NCBI GenBank assembly: GCA_963707505.1
Contig: CAVPQB010000003.1
Coordinates: 224,001 to 288,000 of the forward strand
Source of the DNA: an uncultured Gemmatimonadales bacterium
GTDB taxonomy: Bacteria > Gemmatimonadota > Gemmatimonadetes > Gemmatimonadales > Gemmatimonadaceae
Length of the DNA stretch: 64,000 bases
Direction: 5' to 3'
Positions within the stretch are counted from its first letter, which is position 1, and the number at the start of each line of letters is the position of its first letter. The notes under the pieces are model-generated. The model was not told where the DNA came from, did no database searches, and saw only the letters and a program-made list of their open reading frames with translations. Positions 30,903 through 41,718 of this stretch are shown one piece after another. The position numbers were made by a program, and so were the translations under genes.

Positions 30903-31759
30903 GAGCCGAGGAACGATTCGAGCGCGCGCTTCTTGGAGTGGTGGCGCAGCTTGAGGAGTGCGCGATCCTTGATCTGACGCACGCGCTCGCGCGTCACGCC
31001 CAGCACTTCTCCGATCACCTCGAGCGTCATCGGCTCATCGCCGTCGAGGCCGAAATACATGCGCAGCACCCGTGCTTCGCGTGGCTTGAGGATGAGCAGC
31101 GATTTATGAACGGTTTCAATGAGTGCCTTCTCGAACGTTTCTTCGTCGGGAGGAAGGCGATTTGTGTCGGCAAGGTGATCTATTAGCGAGTTGTCCTCGC
31201 CCGGCGTCATCGGAGCGTCGAGCGAAACGTGCGTGTGCGAGATCGCCATCGTGCGCGCGACCTCTTCCTCGGAGATGCCCATCCCTTCGGCGATTTCCAG
31301 ATGCGTCGGCTCGCGCCCGAGGTCCTGCAACAGCATCGCGGCCCGCTTACCGATCCGGTGCAGATCTCCCGCACGGTTGAGCGGCACGCGAACGATCCGC
31401 GACTGCTCGGCGAGTGCCTGCAGAATCGCCTGGCGGATCCACCAGACCGCGTAGGAGATGAACTTGATCCCCTTGGTCTCGTCGAAACGTTTGGCGGCGC
31501 GCATCAGTCCCAGATTTCCCTCGTTAATTAGATCCGAGAGATTGACGCCCTGGTTCTGATATTTTTTTGCAACCGACACGACGAAGCGGAGATTTGCACG
31601 AACCAGCTGGTTCATCGCCTCCTCGTCGCCCGCGCGAATGCCGATGGCCAGCGCAGCTTCAGCCTCGCGGGAGATCAGTGGGTATGCACTGATGTCCCGC
31701 AGATACTGATCCAGCAGGCCCTCATCAACAAATTCCTTTCGCTTGGACGGCAGCTTCAT
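30899..31759 (-). CDS. Sigma-70 factor of the RpoD/SigA family, short form lacking region 1.1
   Basis: NLRFVVSVAKKY, DLINEGNLGL, KFISYAVWWIRQ, TLEVIG..GVTRERVRQI. Confidence 0.93.
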   Translation of the reverse strand: MKLPSKRKEFVDEGLLDQYLRDISAYPLISREAEAALAIGIRAGDEEAMNQLVRANLRFVVSVAKKYQNQGVNLSDLINEGNLGLMRAAKRFDETKGIKFISYAVWWIRQAILQALAEQSRIVRVPLNRAGDLHRIGKRAAMLLQDLGREPTHLEIAEGMGISEEEVARTMAISHTHVSLDAPMTPGEDNSLIDHLADTNRLPPDEETFEKALIETVHKSLLILKPREARVLRMYFGLDGDEPMTLEVIGEVLGVTRERVRQIKDRALLKLRHHSKKRALESFLGS

Positions 31760-31836
31760 CCGTTCTAATTCTACCCGGCCACCAACAGGTTGAAAGGGGG
31801 CCTGCCATCATACGATGCGGCCAGTCGGTAATCGAG

Positions 31837-32520
31837 TTATCGAACGATCGTTCCAAGCCGCTTCCACCGCGCGTTCGTGAGCCAGCTCCAGTTCGATGCA
31901 GAATCGGGCCGGTAGCTGAAATACACGAACATCGGCTGGCCGCGAACGAGAGAGTCCGGCACGAAGCCCCAGTACCGGCTGTCGAGCGAATTGTCGCGAT
32001 TGTCGCCGAGCACGAAGAGATCGCGCGGCGGGACTACCAGAGGGCCCCAGTTGTTGCGCGAGGGCCAGTACGCTTCGCTCGCGCGGGCGGGCTTGACCAG
32101 ATAGCCCCGCTGCCAGCGAAACTCATCCACAGCCATGTCGGCATCGGCCGAGGTGTGGGTGACGTAAGCCTCCTTGAGCAACCGGCCGTTGCGCTGGAGA
32201 ACTCCGTTGTGCATGAGTAGCGTGTCGCCCGGAACACCGACCACCCGCTTCACGAAGTTGATCGAGGGATCGGACGGCCATTTGAAGACGATCACGTCGC
32301 CGCGGCGCGGCTGGTGGATTCCCGGAAGCTTGATGTGGGTGAATGGCAGCTCCGGGCCGTACACCATCTTATTGACCACGAGGAAATCACCAACCAGCAG
32401 CGTGCGCTGCATGCTCGGAGTCGGGATCTTGTACATCTCGACGACAAGCGCGCGCGTAACCAGGAACAGCAGCACCGACGCTCCCAGCTGCAAAACCGCT
32501 CGCACGAATCCACGCATCAC
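31837..32520 (-). CDS. lepB: Signal peptidase I
   Basis: IPTPSMQRTL, FVKRVVGVPGD, GDNRDNSLDSRYWG. Confidence 0.93.
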   Translation of the reverse strand: MMRGFVRAVLQLGASVLLFLVTRALVVEMYKIPTPSMQRTLLVGDFLVVNKMVYGPELPFTHIKLPGIHQPRRGDVIVFKWPSDPSINFVKRVVGVPGDTLLMHNGVLQRNGRLLKEAYVTHTSADADMAVDEFRWQRGYLVKPARASEAYWPSRNNWGPLVVPPRDLFVLGDNRDNSLDSRYWGFVPDSLVRGQPMFVYFSYRPDSASNWSWLTNARWKRLGTIVR

Positions 32521-32601
32521 GAGTTCAGTATACCTCTATGTGACCGGCGCTCATGCGCGCCGCAAGGACTCGATATTCCCTCACGCACAATACGAAGTTT
32601 T

Positions 32602-34102
32602 CTAGTCCGGCGTCCCAAGGTAAGCATCGATCTGTGCGCGCTGCAGCGTGCCGGAATAATCGACGTAACCAACCTTGGTCTCGGAATAGAACTCATACAC
32701 TTCCCAGCCCGCCTTCGCGGTGGCCGTTGCCAGTCTGCTTTACCCCTCCAAAGGGTAGATGTGCCTCAGCCCCGATGGTTGGGGCGTTGATGTACGTTAT
32801 ACCGTTATCGAGCTCCTGCAGAGCGCGGAACGAGATGTTGACGTCCCTGGTGTAGACGGATGACGACAGGCCGTACTTGACGGCGTTGTTTACCGCAAAC
32901 GCCTCGTCTGGCGTCGAGACGCGGATTACCGACAGCACCGGCCCGAAGATTTCCTCGTAGGCGATCCGCTGCGTGGGCTCGACGCGCGTGAAGATCGTGG
33001 GCTCGTAGAAGAGGCCGTCCCTGAATGCATCGCCACTCGGCCGCTGCGCGCCGCAGACGATATCTGCGCCGTCGGCCTGCCCGATATCCACGTAGTGCTC
33101 GATCTTCCGAAGTGCCGCTTCATTGATGACCGGGCCAACGTCGACGCCTTTCTTTCTGCCGTCGCCCAGCTTCAGCGCCTTGGTGCGCTCGACCAGCATG
33201 CCGAGGAAGTTGTCGTGGATTCCCTTCTGCAGGATGAGGCGACTGGTCGCAGTGCAGCGCTGGCCCGTGGTGCCGAACGCGCCCCAGAGCGCGCCTTCGA
33301 GTGCAAGGTCCAGATCCGCGTCGTCGAGCACGATCTGCGCGTTCTTGCCGCCCATCTCGAGTGACAGGCGCTTGTGCATGCGCCCGCAGGTGGCACCGAC
33401 GATGCTGCCGGTCGCGGTCGATCCTGTGAACGAGATAAGCGGAACGTCGGGATGCTCGACCAGTGGAGCGCCCACGTCTTCACCGGTTCCATGCAACAGC
33501 TGAATCACTTCTGGCGGAAGCCCCGCATCGAGCATGATCTCGACGAGCAAGGTGCCGGTGTGTGGCACATCCTCGGCGGGTTTGAAGATTACCGAGTTTC
33601 CGCACAGGAGCGCCGGAAACATCTTCCACGTCGGAATCGCCATGGGAAAGTTGAACGGACAGATCAGTCCCGCGACGCCGATCGGACGGCGGAAGCTCAT
33701 CGCCCACTTGTTGCGCAGTTCCGACGGAACCGTGCGTCCGGAAAGCTGGCGTCCCATCGTCGCCGCGTAGTAAGCGGTGTCGATCCCTTCCTGGACGTCG
33801 CCGCGTGTCTCCGTGAGCGGCTTGCCCATCTCACGCGTCATCGCGTCGGCGATCTCTTCCTTACGCGCGACGAGCAGATCGCCTGCCTTGCGCAGTATGT
33901 CGCCACGCTGTGGCGCGGGAGTCGCCTTCCACAATTCGAAGCCGCGTTTCGCACTCGCGACGGCGCGATCGACGTCGGTCGAATTTGAAAGGGGAAATTT
34001 TCCGATCACATCGTTGAGATCAGCGGGATTGCGGTTGTCGAAATACTTACCCGTGGACGGCTCGACCCACGAACCCGCGACGAAGTTCTTGAATACTTTC
34101 AT
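32602..34102 (-). CDS. Aldehyde dehydrogenase (frameshift near 32710)
   Basis: [32 protein letters not shown]. Removing one G restores [12 protein letters not shown]... through to TAG at 32602. Confidence 0.92.
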
Positions 34103-34731
34103 TATTGGACGTTCTTGTAGAGCGTGACTTTGCCATCGGCGATTCGAATATCACCGATGTAACTGGGAAGCGGAATCGGAAATGCATCCGGTGCGATTCC
34201 CGGTGGCGCGTCGTGCCGGATCTGTTGCACGAGCTTTGGAATCATCGCGTTGGGTACTGCGAGTTGATGAATCTGCGCCTTGGTGACGTGCATCTGTGCC
34301 AGCCCCGCCTTGATGAGATCGACGCGGCCCGCCAGCTCGACGGTGTCGCGCGCGCTGAGCATCGAAGCGAGCGGACCGAGAGCACGGTCAGCGCCGAGCT
34401 CGCGGAGGGGCACCACGGCGCGGACGTGAAGCTGGTCGCCCGACACCATTGCCTGAACGTCGGTCGATGATGGCGGCAGTTGCTTCGCAGTTGCCTGGAT
34501 CAGATAGGCCACCGCCTGAGCAGGTGTCAGATTGGCGAACACCTTGCCCTGGCTTGCCCTGAGGCCAGTCACAGCAGACTCGCCCGCCGACGCATCGGCC
34601 GCCGTCACACCGTGCCACACCCCGGCTGTGGGGGCCGTAGGCGAGGCTTTCATGGTCCACCAGTAGTAGCCCGCCGCGACGATCGCGGCCAGAACTATGA
34701 GGCATCCAACTCTTCGAAGGCACCCGAACAT
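34102..34731 (-). CDS. Hypothetical membrane-anchored protein
   Basis: N-terminal GCLRRVGCL plus TM helix; stop overlaps the aldehyde dehydrogenase start. Confidence 0.7.
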   Translation of the reverse strand: MFGCLRRVGCLIVLAAIVAAGYYWWTMKASPTAPTAGVWHGVTAADASAGESAVTGLRASQGKVFANLTPAQAVAYLIQATAKQLPPSSTDVQAMVSGDQLHVRAVVPLRELGADRALGPLASMLSARDTVELAGRVDLIKAGLAQMHVTKAQIHQLAVPNAMIPKLVQQIRHDAPPGIAPDAFPIPLPSYIGDIRIADGKVTLYKNVQ

Positions 34732-34774
34732 CCCGAAAGTTAGCCGGTATCGGGTGGCCCGCCTACCCGCACTC

Positions 34775-35278
34775 TCATCCCGCCGTCGCCAGCAACGCCT
34801 CCAGATCCAGCGGATCCGTCCCCATCAGCGGCAGCCCGCTTTCCGCGCGTGGCCATTCCTCGCTCGGGCGATCCCAGTACAGCTCGATCCCGTTCCCGTC
34901 GGGATCGCTCAGATAGATCGCCTCGCTCACGCCGTGGTCCGCAGCGCCCTGCAACGGGATACCTGCGTCGATGACGCGTCTGACCGCTACCGCCAGATCC
35001 CGCTGCGTCGGATACCGGATCGCGACGTGGTAAAGCCCGGTGTGCCCCCGCGGCGGCGCTGTCCCGCCGCGGCTCTCCCACGTGTTGAGGCCGATGTGAT
35101 GGTGATAGCCGCCGGCCGAAACGAACGCCGCCTGTGCGCCGTAGCGTTGCGTTATGTCGAAGCCGAGCACGCCGTGGTAGAAAGCGAGGGCGCGGTCGAG
35201 GTCAGCGACCTTGAGATGCGTATGGCCGATGTCGACGCCGGCAGGGACTGAGTAAGCGGAAGCGGACGTATCGTTCAT
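34775..35278 (-). CDS. VOC/glyoxalase family protein (CatE-like single domain)
   Basis: IGHTHLKVADL, GGYHHHIGLNTW, GLYHVAI, DHGVSEAIYLSDPDGNGIELY; GGAG RBS before ATG 35278. Confidence 0.88.
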   Translation of the reverse strand: MNDTSASAYSVPAGVDIGHTHLKVADLDRALAFYHGVLGFDITQRYGAQAAFVSAGGYHHHIGLNTWESRGGTAPPRGHTGLYHVAIRYPTQRDLAVAVRRVIDAGIPLQGAADHGVSEAIYLSDPDGNGIELYWDRPSEEWPRAESGLPLMGTDPLDLEALLATAG

Positions 35279-35412
35279 CGTTTCTCCATGTCTCTTCATG
35301 ACGTCTGGCGGACGGAGTACCTGATGGGATACCCGAAGAATAACGTGGCGGTCCTGTTTCGCATTGAGAGCCGCCCGCGCCCTCCCAAAGGTAATGATTC
35401 CGGAGTGGGCGC

Positions 35413-36933
35413 TCACTTCCGCACAGATGGTCGATACCGCAACGCTTCGGCAACATGCGGCGGCGCAATTCGCTCATCACCGGTCAGATCGGCGATGGTG
35501 CGGGCAACCTTGAGCACCCGGTGATATGCACGTGCCGATAAATCGAGCGCGGAAGCCGCTGAATGCAACAGAGTGCGCGCATCCGTATCGATCGGAGTGT
35601 GGCGATCGAGCCAGCGTCCCGGAACGTGCGCGTTGCACGTCACGCCACGCAGCGGTCGGTAACGCGCACGCTGAACGCAACGTGCCTGATCGACGCGGTC
35701 GCGCATCGCAGCCGAATTCTCACCGCCTTCGGCATCCGCACTCAGGTCACGCAATGCAACTGCACCAACGGGCACGTGCATGTCGATTCTGTCGACGAGC
35801 GGACCTGACATTCGCGCGGCGTACTTTGCAACTTCTGCCGCGCCACAGCTGCACTTGCGACCGGGTTCGCCAGCTCTTCCACAAGGACAGGGATTTGTCG
35901 CGCCGACCAATGTGAATCGCGCAGGAAAGCTCACCGACATCGCCGCGCGCGCGATGACGACCGAGGCATCCTCCAACGGCTGCCGCAATCCGTCCAGCAC
36001 TCCGCGCGAAAACTCCAGCATCTCGTCGAGAAACAGAACTCCGTTGTGCGCGAGACTCACCTCGCCTGGACGCGGGCTGCTTCCGCCGCCAATGAGACCT
36101 GCACCCGATATGGAGTGATGCGGCGCGCGAAATGGGCGCGCACCGAGCGTGATCTCCGGCGACAATACGCCGGCAACCGAATGTATTGCGATCACTTCGA
36201 GTGCTTCTTCCTCACTGAGATCGGGGAGAATCGTCGGAAGGCGGCGCGCCAGCATCGTCTTGCCAGCTCCTGGAGGCCCGATCATGATGAGATTGTGCGA
36301 GCCGGCAGCCGCGACTTCCAGCGCACGCTTCGCGCTCTCCTGACCCACGACGTCAGAGAAGTCGACTTCATACGCGCGCTGAGATTCGATCGACTCCGCC
36401 GCGCGCCCGACCATGAGATCATCACAACGCAGCTGCAGGACAAGCTCACGCAACGTCGCGGGTGCGGCCAGCAGGATGTTCGTAACGCGCCCGGCCTCGG
36501 CGTGGTTCGCTGGCGGAACTACGAGCACCGATCCCGGTGCAACGCGCCCGACGTGGCGCGCAACCGAGAGCGCGCCACGTATGTTGCGCACTGCGCCATC
36601 CAGACTCAATTCGCCGACGAACATGCGATTCTCGACGGCACTGGGATCGACCTGCCCTGTTGCGACCAGAATGCCCAGAGCTATAGGCAAATCGAATGCG
36701 GTACCTTCCTTGCGAATATCCGCCGGTGCAAGATTGACAGTTATGCGTCGAGGCGGAAGCGTGAACCCGGAATTCACGATCGCGGCTCCGACCCTTTCCC
36801 GGCTTTCCTTGACAGCGCCAGCTGGCAGGCCCACGATGGTCCATTGCGGCAAGCCTTGCGCTGCGTCAACCTCGACTGTCACGTTGTAGGCATCGATACC
36901 GATGACTGCGGCCGATCTTATCGCTGCTAGCAT
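35413..36933 (-). CDS. comM: YifB/ComM Mg-chelatase-like AAA+ ATPase
   Basis: VNLAPADIRKEG, GPPGAGKT, PFRAPHH, LFLDE, NPCPCG, ARTIADL. Confidence 0.9.
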   Translation of the reverse strand: MLAAIRSAAVIGIDAYNVTVEVDAAQGLPQWTIVGLPAGAVKESRERVGAAIVNSGFTLPPRRITVNLAPADIRKEGTAFDLPIALGILVATGQVDPSAVENRMFVGELSLDGAVRNIRGALSVARHVGRVAPGSVLVVPPANHAEAGRVTNILLAAPATLRELVLQLRCDDLMVGRAAESIESQRAYEVDFSDVVGQESAKRALEVAAAGSHNLIMIGPPGAGKTMLARRLPTILPDLSEEEALEVIAIHSVAGVLSPEITLGARPFRAPHHSISGAGLIGGGSSPRPGEVSLAHNGVLFLDEMLEFSRGVLDGLRQPLEDASVVIARAAMSVSFPARFTLVGATNPCPCGRAGEPGRKCSCGAAEVAKYAARMSGPLVDRIDMHVPVGAVALRDLSADAEGGENSAAMRDRVDQARCVQRARYRPLRGVTCNAHVPGRWLDRHTPIDTDARTLLHSAASALDLSARAYHRVLKVARTIADLTGDERIAPPHVAEALRYRPSVRK

Positions 36934-37036
36934 GTGCTCTCCCTGTCCGATCAACCTCGCTGATTTCACGACAATGAGCTGAATCGGATTTGCGTGCGGA
37001 GAGTCATTTCACCGATTCCCGGATTAGCTTGAATTC

Positions 37037-39613
37037 ATGACGCCGACAGCCCTCGCCAGCGCCATCCCCGGTACGTCGCTCGCCCGCGGTCTGTTAATCG
37101 TCGCGCTAGCCGTTGGCGCCGGAAATGCGAATGCTCAACGATCCGCACAGCCGGCGCCCCCGCCGACTGCCCCGGCATCGTGGGACACACTCTACAGTCA
37201 GCACCGCTTCTTCGATCTGCGCGATGCGGTCCGGGCCTACGGCGGTGCAACCGGTCCGGACGTGCAGTTCTACCGAGGCATCGTCGCGCACGCATTCAAC
37301 GACAATGACGGTGCGATCGAATTGCTCGCGCCGCTCGTCGACAGCATGCCGCCTGGCTTCAGCGCATCACGTGTGGCAGACGCTGCCGACGCGCTTGGCG
37401 ATAGCTATGCGCGCGTCTTTCGCTATCGCGAATCGGCTGCAACGTACCGACGCGCGCTGCGCGTCAGGGGTGTCACGCGCGACACCGCCACGCGGTCGCT
37501 TTTCACGCACCGTGCCGAGCGCGCGGACGCTTTGGCGAGCGTACCTCCGCAACGTATCAGGTGGACAGCGGAAGCGAACACGTCGCCGGTGCCAAACGAC
37601 AGCGTCGCATTCGCAGCGGTCGCGCTCATCAATAGCGCTGGCCCGCGTGTGCGTCTCGGCGTTGACGCAGGCGCGCAGTTCACGATCATAGATTCCACCA
37701 CCGCGGCATCGCACAAGGTTCAGATTCTCAGGGATTCGGTGCTCACCACTGTCGGCGGCAGAACGATCACGGCCCAGGTTGGTGTCGTGCGCACTCTGGA
37801 TATAGGCACGGCGCAGCTCGCGAATGTGGTCGTGGTCATCGCACCGGACGACTCGCTGCAGCTGATCTACATGCGCTATCCCGTGAGCGGCATCATTGGC
37901 CTGCCGGTGCTGTCGTCACTCGGAAGCGTCACATTCACGCGCGACGGACACATCGCGCTGTCTTCACCTGGCGCGGACAACGACTCGTCGGCTGCACCGA
38001 ACATGGCACTCGCAGACGGTGCGGCTGTCGTCAACGCATCGTACGATACGAGCCGGGTCGCGCTGCTGCTCGATGCGCGTGCTCCCAGGACGCTGCTGTA
38101 TCCATCATTCCTGCGCGAGTTCTCATCTGCGACCAAAGCCGCGACTCTGACGACCTACATCGGCACCGAATTCGGCGGTGGTGTTACATCCATACCGTCG
38201 TACATGATTCCCACCATCACACTGGGCGTCAACGGCCGTCCGGTCAGGATCGGCTCGGTGCACGCATTGATGCGCGACGGTGATTTTCGCGCACAATTCT
38301 ATGCGGGTGCTCTGGGTCAGGATGCACTGCAAACGGCCGATCGTGTGACGCTCGACTTCTCCGCGATGACGCTACGTCTTCGTGACCCGCCACAGACGCC
38401 GGTCCTGCCGAAGATCGTCTACCCTACGGGCATCGTGGGCGCGCCGTCACCGGTGAGCAAGGTGCCCGGCGACATCGCCTTCGTTGTCCTGCTTTTTGCG
38501 CTGTTCGTGGTGCCAAAAGCGCTGCAACGGTACCGTTTGCCGAGCGCAATCACCAGCCTGCTCATGGGCGCCGGTGCGACAGCACTCGGCCTTTTTCACA
38601 ACGATCCAACACTTCACCTGCTGTCGACCTTTGGAATTGTCGCACTGTTCCTCTTCGCGGGGCTCGAGATCGATGGGCACGAGCTGCGGCGACAGGCGTC
38701 ACCGCTCATCGTGCACGGCATAGTCTGGTCGGTGATTCTCGCGGTCGGGTCTGCAATAATCGCGTTCGGGTTCGGCTTTGCCGCTCGTCCGGCGGTGTTG
38801 ATCGCACTCGCGCTGCTCACGCCATCGACCGGCTTCATACTCTCGTCGCTCTCCGGCTTTGGTCTGCTGGAGGGTGAGCGGTTCGCCGTGAAGACCTACG
38901 TCATTGGGTCGGAGCTGCTTGCCCTGACAGTACTCTTCTTCGTGCTCCAGTCGACTTCCATAGGGAGGCTGGCCTTTGCCGTCGCGGCAATGATTGTCGT
39001 GGTGACAATCATTCCATTGATGTTTCGGCTTTTCGCGCGGCTGGTCGCGCCGCACGCTCCTCGCTCGGAGTTCGCGTTCCTGCTCATGGTCGCGATCGTA
39101 TGCGCGTACGCGACGACGCGATTGGGCGTCTACTATCTGGTCGGCGCATTTCTTGTCGGTATCGCAGCGCAGCGCTTCCGATCGGAGCTGCCGGCGATGT
39201 CGTCGGAAAAGATGGTCGATGCGCTCGAGTCATTCGGATCGGTGTTCATCCCGTTTTACTTCTTTCACGCCGGAACGGAGATCGTGCGTGACCAGATCAC
39301 GACGCGTGCGATTGTCATCGGGCTGCTGTTGATAATACTGCTGATTCCAATTCGCGTCGGGATTACGATGCTTCAGCGCCGGTCCTTTCTCAACGATTCA
39401 ACTGCGGTTGCACGCAGGATCGGTGTCGCGCTCGTTCCCACACTGGTATTCACGCTCGTCATCGTCGACATACTGAACATCAACTTCGGCGTCGAGAAAT
39501 ACGTACTCGGCGCTCTCGTTCTGTACACGGTGATCAACACCAGCATTCCGGCATTCGTGCTGCACTCCGCACCACCGGAATTCGAGAACGTGGAAGCAGC
39601 GGATATCGGTTAG
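37037..39613 (+). CDS. Fusion: signal peptide, TPR-like region, two retropepsin-like domains and a CPA2 cation:proton antiporter
   Basis: Signal ANA-Q; VDAGA...GIIGLPVL and LDARA...GALGQDAL; Pro-rich linker; about 380-aa polytopic domain with LFLFAGLE, GAFLVG and FIPFYFF. Confidence 0.75.
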   Translation: MTPTALASAIPGTSLARGLLIVALAVGAGNANAQRSAQPAPPPTAPASWDTLYSQHRFFDLRDAVRAYGGATGPDVQFYRGIVAHAFNDNDGAIELLAPLVDSMPPGFSASRVADAADALGDSYARVFRYRESAATYRRALRVRGVTRDTATRSLFTHRAERADALASVPPQRIRWTAEANTSPVPNDSVAFAAVALINSAGPRVRLGVDAGAQFTIIDSTTAASHKVQILRDSVLTTVGGRTITAQVGVVRTLDIGTAQLANVVVVIAPDDSLQLIYMRYPVSGIIGLPVLSSLGSVTFTRDGHIALSSPGADNDSSAAPNMALADGAAVVNASYDTSRVALLLDARAPRTLLYPSFLREFSSATKAATLTTYIGTEFGGGVTSIPSYMIPTITLGVNGRPVRIGSVHALMRDGDFRAQFYAGALGQDALQTADRVTLDFSAMTLRLRDPPQTPVLPKIVYPTGIVGAPSPVSKVPGDIAFVVLLFALFVVPKALQRYRLPSAITSLLMGAGATALGLFHNDPTLHLLSTFGIVALFLFAGLEIDGHELRRQASPLIVHGIVWSVILAVGSAIIAFGFGFAARPAVLIALALLTPSTGFILSSLSGFGLLEGERFAVKTYVIGSELLALTVLFFVLQSTSIGRLAFAVAAMIVVVTIIPLMFRLFARLVAPHAPRSEFAFLLMVAIVCAYATTRLGVYYLVGAFLVGIAAQRFRSELPAMSSEKMVDALESFGSVFIPFYFFHAGTEIVRDQITTRAIVIGLLLIILLIPIRVGITMLQRRSFLNDSTAVARRIGVALVPTLVFTLVIVDILNINFGVEKYVLGALVLYTVINTSIPAFVLHSAPPEFENVEAADIG

Positions 39614-39722
39614 GCGGGCGCCCACGGACAGCACTGGGATCCAGCCCCGCCTCGTCGCAGATGACGAGCGTTCGGCGATGATGACGACGACCCTGCTTCG
39701 CCGCTTGCGACAAATTTCATCC

Positions 39723-39770
39723 ATATAAAGCTCAACGGGCGGGGCAGCTTTCGCCGCCCCGCCCGTTGAG
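39723..39770 (-). terminator. Terminator hairpin between convergent genes
   Basis: 15-bp perfect stem CTCAACGGGCGGGGC/GCCCCGCCCGTTGAG; minus-strand tail CTTTATAT. Confidence 0.8.
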
Positions 39771-39785
39771 CCCAAGGAGTGCCGC

Positions 39786-41396
<1,611 letters not shown>

Positions 41397-41670
41397 CTTG
41401 AATCTCCTTGGGATGGAGGAAGGACTGAATCGGAGCCAGTTGCGCTCGTCGCGCGCCTACCCGGCAGGATGCATGCCGCCCCATGTGGACGCCACGCGCA
41501 GGTCCGATTCGCGGCCTGCTTACAACGCGCTCAATTTGCTTGATCATGATGCAGAATGCTAGCCGACATGGCCATACAATAATGTCGTAAACACTTGAAT
41601 TCAGAATCTTCGCAGAAATCACACGTTGTTTGGTCGCGAGAGTGCAAGTCTGACGCCACGTTCGCTCCAT

Positions 41671-41711
41671 CAAACCTGCCGGCAAACCTGACGGCAAACC
41701 TGACGGCAAAT
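41671..41711. repeat. About 3.4 tandem copies of 12-bp CAAACCTG(A/C)CGG
   Basis: Copies start at 41671, 41683 and 41695, with a partial copy at 41707. Confidence 0.85.
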
Positions 41712-41718
41712 CCGCAGG

